Origin: Anthoceros angustus
Taxonomy: Eukaryota; Plantae; Anthocerotophyta
Assembly (NCBI GenBank): GCA_010909165.1
Contig: MU008174.1
Coordinates: 744,001-808,000 of the forward strand
Length of the DNA: 64,000 nt
Direction of reading: 5' to 3'
Made by a program: the position numbers and the translations under genes. How positions within the stretch are numbered: position 1 is the first letter of the stretch; every line of letters begins with the position of its first letter. The notes under the pieces were generated by a model. The model saw only the letters and a list, made by a program, of their open reading frames with translations. It was not told the origin of the DNA and did not search any database. Positions 50,075 through 63,164 of this stretch are shown piece after piece.

Positions 50075-51480
50075 CCCTTCACCACCATCTTCAACAAAAA
50101 AATCCTCGCTAGCGGATCAACAAATCTTGAAGGCAACTTTCGCAACAAGTATTAGGTAGCGAAGGAAGTAGAACTATTTTAAACTCGACGACTGATATAA
50201 GTTACATTTTTTCAAGAGTAATGTTTGAAGTAAGTAGATTTTTTCAAATTTCTAATTCTAATATTATGAAAGCAGCATAAGATTTAGGTCCAATATACTT
50301 ATTTCTCCGCAATGACTCTGAGGAGTCTCTAAATGGGTTCCGTACATCGGAGTGCGCCGTGTTAATATGGCATTATAAGACAACCCGCAATTTCCTTAAT
50401 GGAGCAAAGAAAGCTTTCCCGTGTCGTATCAAAAACATAATTGAAACGCCGCGAGATTTTATATTGCGATCCATTGAAAAGAACAAACTATGGAACATAG
50501 ATCACCGAATTTGTTTGAACACATTACTGAACCTACAAAAATAAGCCCTGCACTAGTAGAATAGATGTGTTTTTACTAAATTTTAAAAAAACGTTAAAGA
50601 AAAAATTTTCAAAGCCTTCTAAACATATAATTCACTACTAGTCAAACTCTTTTGTAAAGTGCATGGGCTTTCCTCATGCACTAGTCCCAACAATAACTAC
50701 ACAATCTTCCCTAGGAACTTGTACAACTTTGTGCTTGTGTCCACAACCCCATGTCCCTGTGTCTTGTGTACGTATCTATATCATTCACATTTCATATAGC
50801 AACCAGAGTTTCAGTTATGGACTTAAGCAAAATCGAGTCTTCTGCTTTCCACAACCAGAGTAATCATTGGTCAATATCTAACCTAATTAGGGTCAAGTCA
50901 AATGGTAGGTCAATGTCAAGCTCCCAAGCTTTACTAAACTCTACAAAAGCAGATGTCTCACTGAGGACTCAAAGTTGCTTCCACACTCAGCCCACGGAGC
51001 TCAACTCGTTACCGCCATCTACAACCAGAAAAATTCACAAGCGGATTGCCAAATCTTCTAGGTAGCTTTCGCCAAAAGTATTAGCTAAAGGAGGAAGTAG
51101 AGCTATTTTTAAAGCAATGACAAACGTGCATTATATTTTTTTCAGCAGCAATGCTTATAGCAGGCAGGTTTTTTTCAAATTCCTAATTCTAATATTATAA
51201 AAGCATCATGAAGTTTTGGTCTTATGGAGCTTGTTTCTCCATTGTGATTCTTGAAGTCTTCGTTAGGTTCCAAGAATCAGAGCGTGCCGTGGTGATATGG
51301 CACAAAAAGACAATACCCAATTTGCTTGATAGAGAAAATAAAGTTTCTCTATGCCATATCTGAAGCATAATTGAAATGCTGCGAGATTTTATATTGGGAT
51401 CTATCAAAAAGAACAAATCGTGGAACACAGGTCGCCGACTTGTTTGAACACATTGTTGATCTACAAAGGATAAGCCCCGT
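50075..51480. repeat. Diverged ~470-bp direct repeat (~50075-50550 and ~51010-51480)
   Basis: Shared blocks GGAAGTAGA.CTATTTT, TTTTTCAAATT.CTAATTCTAATATTA, GCGAGATTTTATATTG.GATC and TTGTTTGAACACATT. Confidence 0.75.
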
Positions 51481-51678
51481 CTTTCAATGACTATTCACAA
51501 GTAAACAAAGGTAAAGTGCTAAATACGCAATATAGTTTTGGAAATTACATATCATTGATGTGCACTAGAGCAATGTCGACTCCTCCCATCACCATTTTCT
51601 TGATTACGAGACTATCTTGGGACCAAAGTTTAACCCATCAAGTAATCTTGACCAAAAAGGATGAGCAGAATGGGCGTA

Positions 51679-51812
51679 TGACTTTATGGATTCTATGATT
51701 GTGGTGCTCACATTTTGCTACGCTATGTATTCTCCAGTCTAGGTTTGACTTTATGGATTCTATGATTGTGGTGCTCACATTTTGCTACGCTATGTATTCT
51801 CCAGTCTAGGTT
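51679..51812. repeat. Exact tandem duplication of 67 bp
   Basis: TGACTTTATGGATTCTATG...CTCCAGTCTAGGTT occurs twice. Confidence 0.93.
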
Positions 51813-52546
51813 TTTTATTGATTCGCCTGCGACAAAGATTGTTTTTAGAGAAATATTACTACTTTATAAATTAAAAAAGTTCCACACCAAGCCTGGAACG
51901 TGAAAATAGGCTGAAAAGAAAAGGGGTCATGAGGGGAGGTGGACACACCATCTCCAGCCGAGAATCGGTATGAATGCCTATTCAATGAATGTGGATAAAC
52001 CACCTGCAGCGGAGAATCGGCATGAAATGCCTTTTCAATGATGAAATATCACACCCACGTCGGAAGATGCAAGAAATCGATCCGGAACTACGAGGAGAAG
52101 TAAAGACTTTCACGAAGGAAGGCGACACTGAGGTCAGACGTGAAAACCATTTATTCCACTTCTCTTACTAGATACCCAAAAAAACTGTTCGAACATTTTT
52201 TGATCGGATATGACAAAAATATTTCACACCTGCTGCAAATTAATCCTCATCTAGTTTAGGATCAAAGTCACACCGCCACGGTGTGAAGAAAGCTAGCAAG
52301 ATGTCGATTTGGCCTGGCACCCAAACCATTGTTTCACGGAGCTTTGGGCCCAACAACATTGTTTAGCAGAATTATACAAAATCAGATGGTTAGGCGGCCG
52401 CAAGACCTTCCACTTCGTGATCGGCTTTGGGAAACACAGTGCACACAGTCTCCGAGTTATCTGGTGAGACCTGTACAGGACAACCGACAGAACTCCGCAC
52501 AAAGCCAGCAAATGAACTAGAAGACCGCCCAAAAAAATGTGGTTAG

Positions 52547-55500
52547 TTATTTCCACAGCTTCACACATTTGTCATGGCTGGCTGAAGCAACCATGCCAGT
52601 TGCTTGAGACTGCGCAAGAGCTGCAATGAGTCCTTCATGTGCCGAGACAGTCATACTCTTGTTCTCTAGCATATTCCACAACTCCAAAGACTGCAGAGAG
52701 ACACCACGATTAGACAAGAACGATGTTGCACATCTAACGATAAGGATCGCGACAAGAGTTCATCACGAGGTGCATACCTGATAACATCCGATGACTAGAA
52801 GCGAAGGGTAGTTTGGATGGAAAACACATGAGTGGAACTTGTTCCCATTGCTGCACAGCTCATGGATGCAGTCTCCATCACTGCCATTTATCGACCAAAC
52901 TCTAACAGAATCTTCACTAACAGAGGCCACATAGTCGCCCGTGGCATCCCAGCACACTGAATGCACCGGTTTGGTATGTCTCTGCATTGCAATGAAAATA
53001 TCAACATGATTGCATGTGTCTCGAGATGGGATTGCCAAAGGAACCATGAACAAAACCAGCCAGTACCTGCAAGGTGTGCACCACAGTTTCTGATTCCACG
53101 TCGAAGATTGTGACTTTGTTTTCAGCAGCTGCTGCCAATAACCTCCCCACCCGAGGCTGGAATCTCATCTGTGACATCCCACCCTGCAATGCAAAAAATG
53201 TTAGTGACAGACGTCTGATAAGGTCCAGGTCACAAGACTGCCAGTCAAACCGACCACGACGGCTAACATAACTTAGCTGCGCATTTGAAAAGCTGACGCA
53301 ACCAAGCTGAAATTGATGTGAACAGACCATGTGATGTAAGCAGCTCACCTTGAAAACTCTACTGCACACACCCTGGCCCACACTCCAGTACCGGATCTCA
53401 CTGTCAGCATCACAGGAGCATAGGAGGTCATCATTCTTCGGATGGAAATCAAGCGACATAACCGACGTTTGATGCCCCACGAAAGTTCGCAATGAGAATG
53501 TTGGCTGCAAGGGGTTCAAAGAGTCAGTATTACTTGTGTTAAAAAGTACATCTACTAACATTCATACCCACATGCAGTGACATCAATCTCAACATAGGAG
53601 GCCTAACTCTCAGCCGACCAGGTCGAGAAGGATTACTAACATTGTCCGCATCCCAGACCCTGACGGTCTTATCGAAGGATGAAGTTGCCAGACGTGTAGA
53701 ACCAGGACTAAACCTCACATCTGTTATCAGCGAAGAGTGCTCCTCCAGGGTACTCTTGAGGCTTAAAGTATCCATGTTCCATAAAACAGCCTACAGCCAG
53801 AAAAAAGGTGCACAAACTGATGTTCAGAGCGAGCACCAAGCATGAGCCAAAGCAAGAAGGAAATGACTAAAACAAATTGAGGTTAGGTCCACCAACTTCA
53901 AGCAATTAGACTAGAATACACATCAACATGAAAGCAGCACAACCTTCTTGTCATGTCCAGCACTGGCCAGCAACTTTCCGTCCGCAGAGAAATGACAACA
54001 AACAACCTTGCTGTTACTAGCCCGAAGGCAGCCAACTTCATTGAAAGAAAAGCCTGGTGATCATAACAAGAACACTTTCAAGACATCCTCCATGGACCAA
54101 GAGCGTATGCAATGTGACATGTAATGAAAGTGATAATTTCACAGCACCAAACCCGGCTTCTTGCAGACAACAAGGAAGAAGCAGGCTGAGAAAAATTAAA
54201 GTACATCACCTAACTCCATCCAAGAGATTAAACCCAGCAATAATAGACTACAGAAGGTCTGGACCACAATCATGACCTTTCGTAACATCTACACTGTGAC
54301 CAGCCGGACTCCGCTTGCTGCTACCAAAGAGTGATTCCCGAGCATCTGTCTCTTCATGGGAGAGGAATGACTCCACATTATCATCTAACGATCCATCCTC
54401 GAAACGGTCCATGTCCACCTGAAATTCAAACGGGTTGCATACATTAGAGAGCGTAGTACAGCGGGAAAGGAGAAGGGATCAGCAACTGTTTCACATGGCG
54501 GCAAAGCCTTACCAGCTGATTTGGTGAAGTGAGAGTGCCTGTTCCATCAGAACCATACATCATCAAAGGCTTGGATATGCTACCACTATGTTGCAAACCA
54601 GCCATTGACATCACATCTCCGGGTGTATGAGTAGAGGGTGTTGAAGGGGCTGAATTAGGAGAGGGACCAGCTGTGTTGGCAGTTCCGGTGCTGTTTGCCG
54701 GTCCAGATGACGATGCAGGCTGCTTTCTTTTCCTTCCCCCTGGTTGGTTTTTACTGGCAGCCTACACACATAATACAACGGGCCTAAATCAGGTGACAGG
54801 AGTTTCCAACTAATCCGTCTTACACCACAATTGTCTCAGGGTTTACCTTTCCGGTGCCAGTACTGTTAGTGCTAGGACTTGGCTCCAGTGAACCATAAAG
54901 CTGCTCATTCGGCCGGAATGAGTTTGACATATTACCATCAACAGCCACTCCACCAACTGCTCCAAGTCTATCCTGTTGCTGCTGCTGAGGAGTGGCAGGC
55001 TGCTGCTGTTGTTGAGGCTGTTGCTGCTGCTGCTGCTGCTGCTGCTGATGGCTTCCAGGTTGGTGCTGCTGTTGCTGCTGCTGTTGTTGTTGGTGCATTT
55101 GAAGTTTCATCTGTCATCAAATACAGGGCAGGCCACAGGGTGAAGTACATGTTAACCCCATTTCCACCAATGCTCCTCATTGCTCATGACTTCGATGAAG
55201 TCATGAGCAATGAATTCATCGAGGTGAATTAGAGACAAATGAAAGTTGACTCAGCTGTCTCAGTGACTTGTCCTTGGAAGTTTACCTTCAACATGACCTC
55301 TGCCTCTTGTGAACTCCCTCGTGGTAGAGGAGAATTAGCTTGTAAAGGAGAGCCTACACCTTGAGACAAGTCACTGCCAGTGGACTGAACATCTTTGCCA
55401 AGCCCTCGGCCCAGAAGTACTCTGTATCTTCGAGGGTCCATCTGATCAAGGGGAGAGCCAGATGATGCGATGTTCCCAGCTTGAGCCTGTTGTAGAACTA

Positions 55501-57022
55501 GCTGCTGCTGCTGGGGTGACATGTTCTGAAACTGCTGGTAAGGCTGCATGTTGTACGATTTCTGTTGAACCAAACCTGATCCCAAACTTGGCCTAAATTG
55601 ATCAAGAGCCTACAATCCATCCCAAATAGCATCAAAACACTACATCCTGATAGATGCTCAATGCGAAGATGCCAGAGCCAGCAGGATAGAAGAACAGACA
55701 GAGCACACACAACTGAGGACCTTAAACCATACACACATCCTGCCAACATGATTTGCCACTAACGACGTTCCACGGCATGAAAACCAAATCGCAAAAAATG
55801 ACTCCAACTAAATTCTCTATGATCTTGCTTGTAGGTCAAGGAGACATACATTGAGCGGCCATCCTTTCAAAGGTGGATTCACGCCTGTTGAGACAGAAAT
55901 GGTACAAGGGTCATACTTAAAGGCAACCTTCACCTGAAGAAGGAAAACTGGGAACTAACGGAGGAACTAGTAAACACCTGGGCTCAGTAGGCTAGCTTTT
56001 GTATGCCCAACTCCACCCACAGCAAACAGGGCTGGGTCAGGAGCGGGAGACCTTTGGTTCAACAGATTCACATCACCTTTTGAATCCTGTCCACACAAAA
56101 ACAATCCAGCTCAGTCACAGACCAGCTGGCTTGACTCTGAGGAAACACAAGGAGTCCTGTGATGTATCACCTGCGACGCTCCAGATAGCTGATGTGAACG
56201 GGCTTGGACCTGCTGTAATGCTGCTGTAGCATTGCCAGCACCACCTGGTAGGGGCCTGAGAATTCAAAGTCCAAGATCAACAGAGCACCAGCATCCAGAC
56301 AATGACAATACACATGCAACTGGTCGACTTTACAGATGACATTTTGGCACTCTGTCCAGTTGTGCGTAACAAACAACTGAAACACTCCCTTTAAAGATAC
56401 TGGACCAAAAGGACAGGTGATATCACGCGATCATACCTCTGCAATAGACAGTCACAACATCACAGTGAGCAATCAAAATTACAAGCCACCGGCAGCTGAA
56501 ACCAGCGCCACAAAGAGCCTAGTGCTACCAAGTGCTGAGCTACAAGCTTTTCTTACTCACCTTCATGGCTGGGTCATCAAGAGTGTCCCTTGGATGCTTC
56601 AGACGCTCTTCATAAATCTTAGTCGCCAGGGCATTTGCAGTTGGTTGCGACAGGCGCATGGCATCAGCATTCAGACCGTTGGCAGACCCATTGAGGCCAA
56701 GGTGAGACACATCTCGTCTCTGCTGATGAGCCTGCCGCTGCAGCATTTGTATCTGCAACTGTTGCTGCAGCTGCTGCTGATGCTGTGCTGATGCAACCGC
56801 CTGCTGCTGCTGATGCTGCACTTGCTGCTGCTGTTGAGCCTGTTGCTGCTGCTGAGCCTGCTGTTGCTGCTGCTGCTGCTGCTGCTGCTGAACCACTTGC
56901 TGCTGCTGGACCACCTGCTGCTGTTGCACCTGCTGCTGCTGCTGCTGCTGTGCAGACTGCTGCGGCTGCTGTTGCTGCTGTGCTACTGCCTGCTGCTGGG
57001 CCGTCTGCTGCTGCTGTTGCTG

Positions 57023-57097
<75 letters not shown>

Positions 57098-57870
57098 TTG
57101 CTCTCGAGCTTTCAATTGCTGCGTCTGCAGTGACTAAACCGGTAAGCCTCCGTCCAGTCCCCTCACACCTCCACCCCAAACCAAACTAAACCAAAATACT
57201 CACCTCTATGTACGAGGCGGCAACCTCAGAATGCTTTTCGTTGGTCCGGGCAATGAAAATGTCCCAAAACACAGACCACCACTCGAACAAGAACCCGCCT
57301 GGTGCATCTATAGCTGCAAACACGCAACACAATCCCTCGAGTAACCACCCAGCTAAAACCACAACAAGGAGAAACTTTTCCACCCAACGGCACCCGATTC
57401 TCACCAACGGGATCCGAGGACACCTTCCCTTCATTCAGGAAGGCCTTGGCCGACGCCTGCAAATTCTTCTTCACTAAATAGTCGTATATGTACACGTCCA
57501 GCCTACACGCAGCAGAGCACTGAATGGGTCACAACCCTGACCACTCCACCACTCCCCCCGGGGCAGCTACAAGCCCACCACACACGCACACTTCCACCCC
57601 ACGGCTCAGCCCCGCACCCCAACACAACGCACTATCGCCAATCCCGCACCCGAGCTCACACACGCACAGCGCAACGGCGCCGGCGCCCGCGCACTCACAC
57701 CCACAAACACAAACCCACAAAAACCCACAAGCGGGCCACAAGCGAGCCGACGGCAATCCTGCGGCCCGAGCTGAGCACAGCTCGGAGCAGATGGGCAGGG
57801 GCTCGGAGAAGAGGAGACGGCGGGGAGAAGAGACTAACATTTTGTCCGCCTCCCAATTGCTCTGCGCCAT
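52547..57870 (-). CDS. LUG: LEUNIG/LEUNIG_HOMOLOG transcriptional corepressor (LUFS/LisH, poly-Q, WD40)
   Basis: [47 protein letters not shown], poly-Q, LKGWPL, and WD40 repeats ending [13 protein letters not shown]. Confidence 0.95.
56748..57101 (-). repeat. CAG/CAA microsatellite encoding the LUG poly-glutamine tract
   Basis: Long (CTG)n-rich run on the + strand, >100 Gln-rich codons. Confidence 0.95.
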
Positions 57871-59907
57871 GGCTGGCACGGCAGGGTGCGCCCTGCACGA
57901 CCTGTCCTAGAAGCAGGCCATGCCGCCCACCGGATCGAACGCTCCAGCAGCGCCCTGGAAATCCAGCATAGAGCATTCAGGAGCGTAAGCTATGCGCGCA
58001 TGGGCGAGGGGTTGGGGTGCCTGCAATTGCCTGGCCTGGCCTGGCCTGGCCTGTTGGTGTGTATCTCCAGCCTCTGCCACCGAATCGGGCCGAGCAATGC
58101 CTGCCTGCACTGATGGAGCTCGGCTGCGCCCAGGCTACCGGGGCTCGGCTTGCCTGTGCTGTCGGCTGGGCAGCCGGGGACGGCAAGGCTGGGCGGGCGA
58201 GGGGGGACTAGAGGGAGGCTACCATCTTACGTCCTCAGATTTTGGAGATCCGAGTCGAACCTCGAACCTGTTTCCATGATCTCCCAAGTCATTACCGGCC
58301 ACAAAACACAATCACCAAACATAATACTTAACGTAGGTACGACTTAATATGATTTTGTTCAATTTTTAAATTAAGTCCACCTACCTATGCAGAGTTTCTT
58401 AGGGAGATTATTGTTTACAAATCCGTTTCAAGTTTGTATACTTGTGCTCCTCAAAGCATCCTTCACCTGCACTAAATTGTAGATGAACCAGTTGCTGCCC
58501 ATGTTGAAGAGATGAACGTCTCCTCTACAAAGTGTAATTGGCTTGTTGCCGATGGTAGTTCAAAACTTCTTCAAACCTTCAGCTTTTCTAGAGGCAACGC
58601 TACTATAACTCTTCCACTTCAACTTGTTTGATGACAATGTTGTTTGAGCAATGAATGTTGCAAGGTTTCTACTTTTGTTGCTCTCTTCACTCTTTTTTTC
58701 AAGCCTTGATTCTTCTTGAAATATTGAACATGCCACATACGACAAATATAAGGCCTTGGCCTTATATTTGTTGAGGCCTTGGCTAAGTGAACGCGGACTA
58801 AGCCCTCGGGTAGCTTACTCCCACGATTTTGTGAACTCTGGTTAGTTCCTTTAAGTGTTTCTTTGGGCAAGGGAACGTTGTGGGACATCAGACTTTTTCA
58901 AAAATTATTGGATTCTGTCCAAGTGGTTTTCGGATGGATAGCAAAATTCTCAAAAAATCCTGAGCTATGGAAGATCCCAATTTTGGGCTTAAAGGTGAAA
59001 CGAAAGTCTCAAATTAAGTATGTCGAGCATTTTGGGGTTTATCTCGATTTTCTTCAGCCGATGCTACAAAACGTTTTCTCTAAGCCGTTTCTTCAAACTC
59101 TTTAATTTTTTGATAGTCTTCGATATGTATCTTAGCTTTATCAATCGTATTACTCGTTTAGTCTTCAAAGATCTCATTCCAAGTACTCGTGTATTTGAAA
59201 GATTCACATAAATGCAAGCCCTTGCATCCATAGTTCTTTTCGTGTCACTTTTCAAGCATATTTGGACCATATTACAACTTTTTGTCTCCATTCACAATTT
59301 TCTAATGCTCCCTTGAAGGCCATGCAACACCATCTCCTTCATTAGTTTGCCACACATGCTTACGCTACAGAATCTTACAAAAGGTTGTACTACAGTATAT
59401 GTTTCATCTAGCTGAAAGTCATAACAAGGTTCACATTTAATAAGCTTTTTCCGCTAATTATGATCAATTGCTCTAAACGAGCAATTTCCACTAAATATTG
59501 AAAGAAGCTCTTGCACTTTCAGGTATTTCCTCCATGGAAATCACTTATACCTTTGCTATCCGAATCCTAATAGGCGGCGGTATACCAACAGTAGGCTCTT
59601 TCATCAGCCATGGTGACTATGAATTATTTTCAACCTATATGAATAGATTCTTAATATTATCACTAAAACAACTATAGCTGGCCAATATGGGATTAAATAA
59701 TTTATACTTAACTCACCTTACATTAATGAATTAATCAATTGCTTAATAGCTCAAGCTATAAGCTAAGAAACACATCCAATCATCCTCATAAGTATTTATT
59801 TATGTTTATTTTATCTATTAATTATATATATTAAATTTACAAATCAGGCAAGAACAATGCTGTATTTGAAGGTATAAATTATATAATGGCAACCCTGTGG
59901 CCATACA

Positions 59908-59988
59908 GCAGCTTTGGCCGAGTGGTTAAGGCGTGTGCCTGCTAAGTACATGGGTTCGCCCGCGAGAGTTCGAATCTCTCAGGCTGCG
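59908..59988 (+). tRNA. tRNA-Ser(GCT)
   Basis: Acceptor GCAGCTT/AGGCTGC, A box TGGCCGAGTGG, anticodon loop CTGCTAA, long variable arm, GTTCGAATC. Upstream TATA and a downstream T4 run. Confidence 0.95.
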
Positions 59989-60331
59989 ATGTGAAACTTT
60001 TGGCCCGTCCCATGGTCAATAATATAACTTTTCCATTTTACCCGCAATGCCGCTGCCTGGGGATCAGCGCATCAAAGGACCGTGCTGTTGTCTCTTGAGT
60101 TACACCAACATGTTCAGCGGCATAAGATTGCTTTGGCCAACATATACTGCTATAATTATTACCTACGGAATTGCTCACACTACGGTGGGAAAAACTTTAT
60201 GTTTGTGAGATACGTAAAATAAACGGGAACCTAAATCCAAAACCGAAACCCTAAAAGGTGAAGTGACGAGGAATCGGTAAGGAGATGGTAGACAGTGTCG
60301 CAGGTTTCCGTTAAATAAGGGCTTTGAGTTT

Positions 60332-61793
60332 TTATTGGGTGTCGACCTTGTCTTTGGCAGGTTCGTAATGAGAGACGACGCAAGGGATATGCATATCTGG
60401 CATCCATACTTGGAGGCGAAGCAACGGACGAGGCTCCAGGAATTCAATGTGTCGGTGGTAGAAGCCATCGTGCAGAACGACTCTCCAAGAAACCAGCGTC
60501 AAATTGTAAGCAACCACATGCGTCTGACAGCGGCTCAAGATGTACCTGCCCCGCACGATGCATGCCAAATCTTCCGTCAGGACAGTGAACAAAACGTTCC
60601 CCGAGACCTTCACATTTTCCACGCTGTAAGAGAAGGGCGTGTGAGCAGAAGCAGGGATCCTGGCAGCAAACGCCACCGTCATCTCCTCCACCAACTCCTC
60701 CGGCATGCAGGCAAGCCCCTCAAATTTCTCCGCCCTGCCATGCTGCACCCACACACACAGCCTCTGCATCTGCCTCTGCATCTGCCTCTGCATCTGCCCC
60801 TGCCTCTGCCCCTGCCCCGCCTCCTCCTCCTCTGCACCCACGAAAGCCTGTCCTGGTACACCGCCAGGTGCACGCTGTACCCGGTCCCGTTCCCTGGCCC
60901 CGGCAGCTGCCTCACCCTCTGCACCTCCACGCCCGTCTCCACATCCAGCAACAGCATCTCCATCTTCTTCCCCCCCACCCGGGCGTACATCACGTCCTTG
61001 CAAATGACGAGCGGGTTGAGCAGCACGTCCTGCCCCAGCCCGGAGGGATGCACGCGGGAGCTCCAGGCCCCAGACCTGCTGCAGTACTCGCCCACCACGT
61101 CCGCCGGGTAGCGGCACTGCGCTACAGCTACCACCTTGTACCGGTCCTGCTCGGCCGCCAGCAGCACCTTCCCGCGGCCCTTCCAGTCTTCCCTCTGCAC
61201 GAGGCCCTCGAAGGAGAGCAAGGGGAGCTCCCGCCACGAGCTGTTGTGGAGGTTGAGGAGGGAGACGGCCAGGCTGCGATCCCCCCAGTCCGCCCGGCCC
61301 ACCACCCCGCTCTGGAAGCTCACATTCTGGTTGGAGGAAGCTCACATTCTGGTTGGAGGAAGCTCACATTCTAGTGGAGTCCGCGGAAGCTATGCGGGAG
61401 CGAGTCCAGATGTAGGTCCTGGATCCAGCACCGGGGTTGGGAGAGGCATCCCGGGGCCTTCTGCACTGTGAGCGGGTTGCTGATGTCCCAGAAGATGGCG
61501 AGGAATGCGGAGTCCGGGGTGCGCTGGAACATGCACGCTGCAGCAGGCAGCAGCGGGGCCTGCCAGGGCGGATCCAGCAGCGCCTTCCACTTTTTGCTCA
61601 CGGCCCGGAACCTTGCCCTGCTCGGCGCTGGCAGGGATTCCACAACCGTCTCCAAGATCGCTCCAGGCAGCTGACTCCAGAGCTCTGCGTCCATGTCGGG
61701 GACCTGGAGGTGCTCAGATGCAAACCACTGCTCGTCCACCAGGTGCAGCCGCAGATGCGTCATGGCGGATGCTGGAGCACTGTGAGCCGCCAT
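60332..61793 (-). pseudogene. F-box (kelch/FBA-like) pseudogene
   Basis: MDAELWSQLPGAILETVVESLP...RFRAVSKKW F-box. TAG at 61371-61373 plus a 22-bp tandem duplication (61314-61372). A second frameshift falls in a 6/12-bp microsatellite (~60760-60820). The tail HVVAYNL...WRVVLHD is shared with 11842-13080. Confidence 0.75.
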
Positions 61794-62321
61794 CGCCGCC
61801 TCCTTCTCGAGCTCCGAAACAGAGGCAACGAGTAATCCATAAGCCTGCTTCTCACCGTCGTCCCAGCGTGGATTCGCGATGCCGAGATCTAGGATCTTAT
61901 TTGCCTGCCGTTCAAAGATGAGTGCCGGAAGATGCGCAGTGGCCTGGATACAGCGAACATGTCGACAAGTAGGACAAAATTGTTGCCGTTCTGCAATCAC
62001 TGTGATTCTCTTCCCGCATGACAATCCATGGAGACAAAAGAACGACAGAGCTTGTGATTCTTCGAGCCTGGCAGCAGTGATATGCAGAAGAGCTTCTCGG
62101 AGTTCCACTTGCTGACAGTAGCAGAGAAGACTGAAGGCATGTTGCCGGATACAAGCCAGCCAGTTCAGCTCCTTTAGCCCTGGCAGTGTTTCCGCTCCTC
62201 AACCCTGTGCCATCTCATAGATACACCTACTGCAAACACCCAGACCACTGCCATGTTCATCAGGGTCGATGGCTCAATTTGACCTTTGTGGAAGTAACAT
62301 GAAAGACAGCAGGCCGGCCCG

Positions 62322-62843
62322 CTAATTGCTAGGCAGTTGATCAGCTTCTTTAGCCCTCGCAGCCTTCCGCCCCTGAACCCTGTAGAATATCTCACACACA
62401 GCACCTACGAACACCGAAAAGCATCCCCATTTTCGTCAGGATCGGTATTATTTTCATTTCCTCTCCGCAGAGCAATGACCTAACACCACATGAATGATAA
62501 GACAGATCCAGACTTTCTCCACTGACATCAGCGCGCAACCCTCACCTGCTGCCACGGATAGGACGAGCACGTCTCCGAATGTCTTCATGGCGCTGACAGT
62601 CGTCTTCGTAGATTTGTAGGGATCCAGATAAGGATCGTTATCCAGAAGCTGCAAACATGGATCACAATGCGTGAGGATGCAAGGCGGGTAAACGTGATTA
62701 GACCGTGAGGATAAAATCGAATCAGAGCTCGCAATTGGACGCACAATCCGCTCCCTCGCGCCTGCTTCCTCTGACAGTCTGCGGACATGAGCTGGTGGAG
62801 CAATGGATGTCCTCCGAGCCACAAGCGCCCGTACACCCTGCAT
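62322..62843 (-). CDS. SDH7: Succinate dehydrogenase subunit 7, mitochondrial (plant-specific complex II subunit), 3 exons, ~94 aa
   Basis: Exons 62843-62745, 62648-62546 and 62404-62322 give ...EAGARERILLDNDPYLDPYKSTKTTVSAMKTFGDVLVLSVAAGAVCEIFYR..., matching SDH7 (EPGxREKxLL...GDVLxxxVVAGCxYEI). All junctions are GT-AG. Confidence 0.85.
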
Positions 62844-62957
62844 CCTGACAAGCGCCACTTTCTCCCACGAGGTTTGCAACGAGTGCGCGTGAAAATTTAA
62901 AATACTACATTAGTTTTACACGTTAACAATATCTTTCCCTTACGTTATGAGCACAAA

Positions 62958-63029
62958 GTGGCTGTAGTTTAGTGGTAAGAATTCCACGTTGTGGCCGTGG
63001 AGACCTGGGCTCGAATCCCAGCAGCCACA
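62958..63029 (+). tRNA. tRNA-His(GTG)
   Basis: GTGGCTG/CAGCCAC acceptor stem, anticodon loop TTGTGGC, GCTCGAATCC. Matches the plant nuclear tRNA-His sequence. Confidence 0.96.
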
Positions 63030-63164
63030 GTTGGGATCAAGAGGTGACATTCTGTCAGGCGACGCGTTCCCTTTCAGTTTTTCGAAACGTGGGTTTTGGC
63101 AGGAATCCCAATGTCTTCAAATGGTGTGTGCGCGGTGCTAGGTCTTTCGAATTGGTTGGAGCTG

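Noticed and set aside
56664-57189. Poly-Ala and poly-Leu ORFs
   Set aside because: These are alternative-frame and antisense readings of the LUG CAG repeat.
58400-59300. Possible hAT transposase remnant on the minus strand
   Set aside because: Only a vague resemblance (NLVQVKDALRST). It cannot be supported without BLASTX.
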